Assembly: GCA_964347045.1 (NCBI GenBank)
Contig: CAYFXC010000001.1
Location: 1 to 64,000 of the forward strand
Direction: 5' to 3'
From: an uncultured archaeon
GTDB taxonomy: Archaea > Asgardarchaeota > Hermodarchaeia > Hermodarchaeales > Hermodarchaeaceae
DNA: 64,000 nt
Part shown: one piece after another, positions 58,545-64,000 of the stretch
Layout: every line of letters begins with the position of its first letter
Position numbering within the stretch: position 1 is the first letter of the stretch
Notes under the pieces: generated by a model
Database searches by the model: none
What the model was told of the DNA's origin: nothing
Seen by the model: the letters and a program-made list of their open reading frames with translations, nothing else
Position numbers and translations under genes: made by a program

Positions 58545-60257
58545 TTAGGGAAGGGTATCTTTTGTCCATACCCAATCCTCACGATCAAAATCATAATTAC
58601 GAATTTGGATTGGCTCAGTGGTCCAACCGTACGCTTCCCAAGCGGGTTTAATCGAAATTATTGATGGTATGTTATTATCTTTGAATAATTGTGAAAGTGC
58701 ATTTTGTACAGATATTGCTGATTCTCTTGGTAAGAGTAAAGAAGCGCTCCCAGTTCCATCATTGAAAATATTTCCGACAATATGTGGAAGTAATTGTAAA
58801 GCTGTAAGTACTCTTTTTGTTTCTTTTTCATTACTCTCGATAAGTAAATGGATTATGGTGTTCAATCCAATATGCATAATACTAATTCCAAGGGGAGGAC
58901 TCATCACCTCGCGTTTTTCCAAATAATTCACGCGGCGTCTATAGGCCATGTGTTGGGTTTCTTTATATCCAGCCAATCTCGCTTCTTCTGCCTCGTAAAA
59001 ACGTGCACGATCAGTTATAAAATACACATCTGTTGCTCTTTGCATATAGATGAAATCAGACGGTTTAATGCTTATTCGCTGAGAAGAGGGTGATAATTTG
59101 AAAGAGTTTAATGGTGGAAGGTGTTGTGTCCATTTTCCACTAATCAGTCTTGAAACATTATCGAGTACAGCTTCCGAATCTGTAACCCAACCACCCTTGT
59201 TAGAATTGTATAAATCAAAATTTCTTGATTGTAATCTTTCAGTTCTGATCCGAATTTCAGGCACGGAAAGATCATGAAGAGCGACAAATTGTTTTACCCA
59301 TTGACGAAATCTTGTAATTCGTCGAATTGGTATTGCGAAATAAGAGATTAAGGCATCATCGAATTCTTGTATTCCTAGGGTGTAACGAATTTTTGAGAGA
59401 ATGTTCTTTAATGAAATTGTCTTCCTCATATCGCTTACAGGGAAGGTAACAGCAAAAGGTTCGAGACCAATTACTCTGAAATTTGTGAAAGATACCGGTC
59501 TTAGTTGATGTTTTTCTGCAAGTCGTTTGATAACTTGACTTATTGTTGGTTGCCTTAATTTGAGTTTGTCAACGAGCTCTGACTGTGAGCAAGTGGGACA
59601 AGAATTTAATCCACGGAGAATTTTGAGCTCAAGAGGCCTGAGCAGTCTGTTATAGTTAAACATCCACCGCTCGAGGTTTGCAGTATAGGTTTCGGTAGTC
59701 ATAGTTGTTAGCAGCTGATTGAAAGGCTTGAACCATCGTTTGGCTTTTCGAAGAAACGCTCCGTCAACAACCCTATCAAAAGAAGCGAATCCCGCCGTTG
59801 GATAATATCGGTAAGTTGGGTAGTCAATTGGCGGAGATACGGTTTCCCAAACTTGTAGGAATCGGTGACGTTGTTTAGGGTTTTTTATTCCATATCTGTA
59901 ATAACAGTATAAACCGAGATCCGCCGCCTGTTCTACTTGACGAATAACTGAGGGAAGATGGAGTAGGTAGGCTTCACGCCAAAGAATGGGTATAAGGTAG
60001 TTTTGGAACTGAGAGAGAAGATTCTGTGAAAGGCTAAGGATCACCTGGCTGTTAGAGTTAATAGATTCAGTAACACCGAATCGCGGTCCATTGAGTTCGA
60101 AGGGAGATGGAATAAAAGTAATAGTCGTATACCGGTCAAGAGGCGGAGATTTTAGAATTTTTTGAAGAGTCGTTGTAATTGTTGTGAATGCTTCGATGGC
60201 TTCCGCTTGTTGGTGATAAATGGAATCGGTTTGATTTGTTGTCTTTTCGAAAGTCAT
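58545..60257 (-). CDS. Large wHTH regulator-like protein, paralog B
   Basis: SQSELVDKLKLRQPTISQVIKRL HTH; shares PRFG, WREA, ADLGLY, VSPP, GF..FD.VV.GAFL, LERWM and NYDF...W.W with paralog A. Confidence 0.75.
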   Translation of the reverse strand: MTFEKTTNQTDSIYHQQAEAIEAFTTITTTLQKILKSPPLDRYTTITFIPSPFELNGPRFGVTESINSNSQVILSLSQNLLSQFQNYLIPILWREAYLLHLPSVIRQVEQAADLGLYCYYRYGIKNPKQRHRFLQVWETVSPPIDYPTYRYYPTAGFASFDRVVDGAFLRKAKRWFKPFNQLLTTMTTETYTANLERWMFNYNRLLRPLELKILRGLNSCPTCSQSELVDKLKLRQPTISQVIKRLAEKHQLRPVSFTNFRVIGLEPFAVTFPVSDMRKTISLKNILSKIRYTLGIQEFDDALISYFAIPIRRITRFRQWVKQFVALHDLSVPEIRIRTERLQSRNFDLYNSNKGGWVTDSEAVLDNVSRLISGKWTQHLPPLNSFKLSPSSQRISIKPSDFIYMQRATDVYFITDRARFYEAEEARLAGYKETQHMAYRRRVNYLEKREVMSPPLGISIMHIGLNTIIHLLIESNEKETKRVLTALQLLPHIVGNIFNDGTGSASLLLPRESAISVQNALSQLFKDNNIPSIISIKPAWEAYGWTTEPIQIRNYDFDREDWVWTKDTLP

Positions 60258-60481
60258 GGATTTTAATTTCCTGTTAATGTTTCTCCCAAGAACATGACTA
60301 CATGAGTTCTTGAGTTCTTAATAATATTCGGAGATTCTGTACTGTAGTTTCGCGTGGAGTTTTTCTATGAATCCGTCTTTGGATGATTGACGCGACTGCT
60401 TGGTCGTAGTCCGGGTGGCTAAGCGATGTGTAGTACGTGGGATGAATTGATGCCTCGTTCATGACGGGCTATGCATTTCCT

Positions 60482-60556
60482 TTATTTGGATCCGACTGCA
60501 AATCGAGGGTCCGGAATTGGACCGGGGGTATAGATTGGTGGTCGGCGCACAGCCAC
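60482..60556 (-). CDS. Candidate Pro/Arg-rich micro-ORF (M)AVRRPPIYTPGPIPDPRFAVGSK
   Basis: GTG start options at 60556/60550, Pro-rich like the MYP peptides, upstream TGCAAC plus TATA-like element; no clear RBS. Confidence 0.4.
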   Translation of the reverse strand: MAVRRPPIYTPGPIPDPRFAVGSK

Positions 60557-60606
60557 TGCGTCCGTAATTTTATCAACATTTTCGATATTCGTTGCAGAAA
60601 AAAGAA

Positions 60607-60684
60607 TGGTAGCGGGGAGTTGATTTGAACAACTGATCTCGGGGTTATGAGCCCCGCGGGATATCCTGGCTACCCCACCCCGCT
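60607..60684 (-). tRNA. Initiator tRNA-Met(CAU)
   Basis: A1:U72, consecutive G-C pairs in the anticodon stem, CAT anticodon, encoded CCA. Confidence 0.93.
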
Positions 60685-60837
60685 AATGGATTGTTGATAG
60701 AGAAGAGCTGGTGAGGTCGATTTAAGCTTTATGCCTTGGTTTTTGTGTTTCTTTTCATCCAAAAAGTTTCGATACTATAGTGCTAAATTTTTGTGGAGGT
60801 TAAATAATAACTTCCATATACATTGCTGGTGAACTTT

Positions 60838-60876
60838 ATGTATCCAAGACCTGGAGACGAACCTGGTCCATTGTAA
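60838..60876 (+). CDS. MYP micro-ORF 3: MYPRPGDEPGPL
   Basis: GGTGA RBS 5 nt before ATG, upstream TTAAATAA, TAA-TAG stops. Confidence 0.6.
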   Translation: MYPRPGDEPGPL

Positions 60877-60908
60877 TAGATTGTTGAGTTTTTACATTAT
60901 AATTCGCT

Positions 60909-61982
60909 TCAGGTTCTCCTTAGGAGACGAATCAAGGCACGAGGTACTTCTGTATAGGAGTTGACTTTGATATAGCGCCCGCGACCAAGCTGAGCTATGT
61001 TTTTACAGGTTTCTTCTCCTTGGGGATGAGTTCCTGGTGTTTGGAGGACATGGAGATTATGGTATTTTCTAGCATATGGTTCAGGAGGTTCTCCACGGTT
61101 TGCGATACCATCGGTAATGAGAATTGCCCAAGATTCATGGCGATGCGCCCGTTTGAATTGAATGTAAGCGGTCTCAAGTGCATCGGAAATATTGGTGTAA
61201 CCTGCAGGTTCAGTATCAAGTATTGTGTCTACAATTTGATCAATTGTGGTATATTGGTCCATTGCTTTGATGGTACTAGCTACTGTGTTGAAAGCGATGA
61301 GGGCATATTTATCGTGTCGGAGATGATAGGCTGCAACAGCAGCTGCGGTAGCGGCCGTTAGTAGTTTGGGTCCAGCCATGGATCCCGAAGTATCAAGAAT
61401 TATGGTTCCAATTTTTTTTCTTGCAACTCGTTCAATACCTATTATGTCAGAGTAATTTACGTAATCCGGTTTGAGCAGTGTTTCTTCCAGTGTATTATCG
61501 AGGTCAAATTCGTCGAGGCCTGGATGGAATGGAACCTGTTTGATTTTTTCTGGTCGGAGTCCACGCCCAGTAATTCGTAGGGCTGAATGGACTATTGTGG
61601 CTCTAGCGAGTTGTCGGAACGTTTGGCGATATTGTCCTCGAATTTGGTTTCTGAGTTGGAAAAATAGCAAAGGCCCAGCGACATTTCCTTCACGGGCGGA
61701 TTTCGCAATGAGATGAACCCCGTCTTGTGTTGAAATAGCCTCACTTGTTGCAATGGGTTGAAGTTGGGCAAGGGCTTGAAGAGCGGGGATATTTCCAAGT
61801 TCTATGGCAATTTCAGCCATCTCTTTGGCGGTGGGATAATCAAAGCTTCGACCCAAACGGAGATAGTATTGAAAATCGCGTCCGCTAGCTCGGATTTCAG
61901 ATTCGAATAGTTTCTCATCTGAGATGAAGCCGGAAAGCACAATTGGCACGTCATCGGAGGACGGCGCCTCCTCGGTGATCAA
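60909..61982 (-). CDS. VWA-domain protein (CoxE-like MoxR partner)
   Basis: MIDAS DTSGSM, YTNISDAL, LITDG. Confidence 0.88.
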   Translation of the reverse strand: MITEEAPSSDDVPIVLSGFISDEKLFESEIRASGRDFQYYLRLGRSFDYPTAKEMAEIAIELGNIPALQALAQLQPIATSEAISTQDGVHLIAKSAREGNVAGPLLFFQLRNQIRGQYRQTFRQLARATIVHSALRITGRGLRPEKIKQVPFHPGLDEFDLDNTLEETLLKPDYVNYSDIIGIERVARKKIGTIILDTSGSMAGPKLLTAATAAAVAAYHLRHDKYALIAFNTVASTIKAMDQYTTIDQIVDTILDTEPAGYTNISDALETAYIQFKRAHRHESWAILITDGIANRGEPPEPYARKYHNLHVLQTPGTHPQGEETCKNIAQLGRGRYIKVNSYTEVPRALIRLLRRT

Positions 61983-62827
61983 AAATTTGCCAATACTGCC
62001 TTTACCAAAGTTTTGATTACGTCTACAGGTGATTTTTGGGTGTTATCATGAAGTTCAATCTTGGGAACTAAAGACATTATGGCGGCTTCTTCCCAGATGG
62101 AATGACCTTCACCAGGTATTTGTGTATAGAGACTAGCGATGTCGAGAGCCCCTCTGACACTGGCACCGCGTCGAATATCGGTGTAATCTCGCGTGGCACG
62201 AGTAATCGCGACTGCGATATTAACAATTTCCTCATCTTTGATTCCAGTATTCGTATGCACAATGTCTCTCTCTTGCTCTTCGGTGTGATAATCTAAATAT
62301 AGCCAAACGTAACGGTCTCGGAGTGCTTCACCCAGTGGTGTAACTCCTACACTAGCTTCCGGATTCTGCGTTGCAATGATACGGAACCCGTTTTGTGCGT
62401 TGACTGTTCCTAGTTTTGGAACATGTAAGCGGCCTTCATCCATAACAGGCAAGAGAGTGTTTTGTGTGGCTTCGGGCATGCGATTAATTTCGTTGATAAA
62501 TAGGACACCCCCATTTTCCATGGTTTCAACAAGGGGACCGGGAATGAAAGTATTTCGAGTGTAGCCATCTTTTAATACAACAGGAGGATCAAACCATCCC
62601 ACGAGCTTAGCGGAAGTATATCTTTCATCACCATCAACTCGGAAGAAAGTTCGACCTAAATAATCTGCGACCGCTGACGCAATTGTGGTCTTTCCAACTC
62701 CCACGGGACCTTCAATGAGTAAATGTTTATTGGCATTATCAGCGGCCAGACATTGGGTAATGATTTCATTTCGCCCGATGATTTTGTATTTCCGTTGAAT
62801 AGTTGTAACATCTTTGGTTAAAGACAT
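61979..62827 (-). CDS. MoxR-family AAA+ ATPase
   Basis: GPVGVGKT, FINEINR, IATQNP, ALRDR, RGASVRG. Confidence 0.9.
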   Translation of the reverse strand: MSLTKDVTTIQRKYKIIGRNEIITQCLAADNANKHLLIEGPVGVGKTTIASAVADYLGRTFFRVDGDERYTSAKLVGWFDPPVVLKDGYTRNTFIPGPLVETMENGGVLFINEINRMPEATQNTLLPVMDEGRLHVPKLGTVNAQNGFRIIATQNPEASVGVTPLGEALRDRYVWLYLDYHTEEQERDIVHTNTGIKDEEIVNIAVAITRATRDYTDIRRGASVRGALDIASLYTQIPGEGHSIWEEAAIMSLVPKIELHDNTQKSPVDVIKTLVKAVLANF

Positions 62828-62948
62828 GCGTTTTCACCTTAATGCGTTTTAAAATCTATTTTTTGAAGTAAAGTATTTGGGTATTATCTCAAGATTCTGG
62901 AATGAAAAAGAATGTTTATTGGGCACGAAAATCATATTTTAATGTTCT

Positions 62949-63045
62949 GCGGAGTTGGCGGAGCGGTAACGCGCTGGACTCGAGATGAACCGGGTCATCC
63001 AGTGACCTTTTGGTCGCAAGGGTTCAAATCCCTTACTCCGCGCCA
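62949..63045 (+). tRNA. tRNA-Ser(CGA) with a 12-nt 37/38 intron (62985-62996)
   Basis: Long variable arm, G73, CGA anticodon, CTCG/CGGG BHB helix. Confidence 0.9.
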
Positions 63046-63056
63046 ACCTTTTTTCG

Positions 63057-64000
63057 CTATATTACAAGATCCGCGATATCAATACTAGATTCAAAGATTC
63101 GTTCCAGGTTATGAACGACACGATCATAAACTGCCAACACTGCTGTCTCCTGTTTCGCAATAACTTCAGTAATCTCAATAACAAGGGTATTAATCGTCTC
63201 TTCTAATTCTATCACACTTCGTGCACGAGCGCTATCCTGTTGCAAAACTGCTGTAATTGCTTCACGGTGAGCGAGTATTACCTTTTCACTAAATTTGGTC
63301 AGAACACGTGAAAAATGTCGGGGTGGAATAACATAATCTTTAGAAAGTACTTGTTCAGCGATACTTGAACATCCGTCAGCGATGGCCTCAACTTCTTTAG
63401 CTACAAGTCTATAATCCAGCAAATCTAATGGAGACAGTAAAAGGTCACCAATGGGTGATGCAATGGCTTTCCGAAGTTGTCGAACAACAAGGAAATAAAT
63501 TCGATCGACTTCGCGATCCCTGTCTCTTACATCTTGCGCAAGTTCTTGATCATTACGAATAAAGGCGCGAATTGCGTCTTCATGCATTTTTGCAGCAATC
63601 CCATATGTTCGTCGGAGATAGGTAATTGAATCAATGCTTCTAGGGATAAGGCATTGAAGAGTCATCTTTGATGCGTCTTCTTCCATGATTTCGACACCAA
63701 CGAGAAAATCAGCCATTCTCTTGACCTCTCGTTTTATTGCTGGAGTCATTGCCTTCCCCAAATTGATCTCTATCACATTATTACCTGCCAAATATCCGGC
63801 AAGAATTTCCCTGGCTACATTTGATGGATCTGTAATCACACTTCGTTGACGAAGAGGTTCCTCGGCTAGCCCTGGATCAATAATAAGCATGCCATCAGCT
63901 CGTTCGTGAACTAAAATCATTGACCCTTTTTTCAAACCGTTGGAGTCAACCCAATGTTTGGGTACCGATAAGAGATATGATGCACCTACACGTTGTAATT
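63057..64000 (-). CDS. AbrB-PhoU regulator (start lies beyond the window edge)
   Basis: Frame continues to the edge as LQRVGASYLLSVPKHW; DREVDRIYFL and ERI PhoU motifs. Confidence 0.88.
   Translation of the reverse strand, partial: LQRVGASYLLSVPKHWVDSNGLKKGSMILVHERADGMLIIDPGLAEEPLRQRSVITDPSNVAREILAGYLAGNNVIEINLGKAMTPAIKREVKRMADFLVGVEIMEEDASKMTLQCLIPRSIDSITYLRRTYGIAAKMHEDAIRAFIRNDQELAQDVRDRDREVDRIYFLVVRQLRKAIASPIGDLLLSPLDLLDYRLVAKEVEAIADGCSSIAEQVLSKDYVIPPRHFSRVLTKFSEKVILAHREAITAVLQQDSARARSVIELEETINTLVIEITEVIAKQETAVLAVYDRVVHNLERIFESSIDIADLVI

Noticed and set aside
56222-60909. Integrated virus or transposon at the tRNAs
   Set aside because: No integrase, transposase or duplicated tRNA 3' end was found.
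1-64000. CRISPR arrays, rRNA genes and selenocysteine/pyrrolysine read-through
   Set aside because: No repeat-spacer arrays, rRNA signatures or in-frame stops at conserved residues were noticed.

Overview
64 kb of mostly housekeeping chromosome from an archaeon, probably Asgard (inferred from PolD, RPA, Hef, Elf1, Tsr3, aRF1, A-type ATPase and Sec61beta together with a Rab-like GTPase and PAC4-like and OST4-like proteins). RNA genes: RNase P RNA, a box C/D guide RNA, and eight tRNAs, five of them with BHB-type introns, including a tRNA-Pro(CGG) with four introns. PolD DP2 carries a LAGLIDADG intein. The most unusual region is ~56.2-60.9 kb. Two paralogous ~575-aa proteins (putative degenerate zincin domain plus tandem Lrp-like wHTH modules) are interleaved with three related 10-12 aa 'MYP' proline-rich micro-ORFs that have their own ribosome-binding sites; two of them share a promoter design. 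This is a candidate peptide-signal/receptor system missed by the ORF track. Other highlights: a 34-aa OST4-like microprotein, a folP-cofE pair suggesting a FolC2-type folate route, and sharp intragenic GC-skew flips. No CRISPR array, integrase or transposase was seen. Protein assignments are by motif recognition only; no searches were run.
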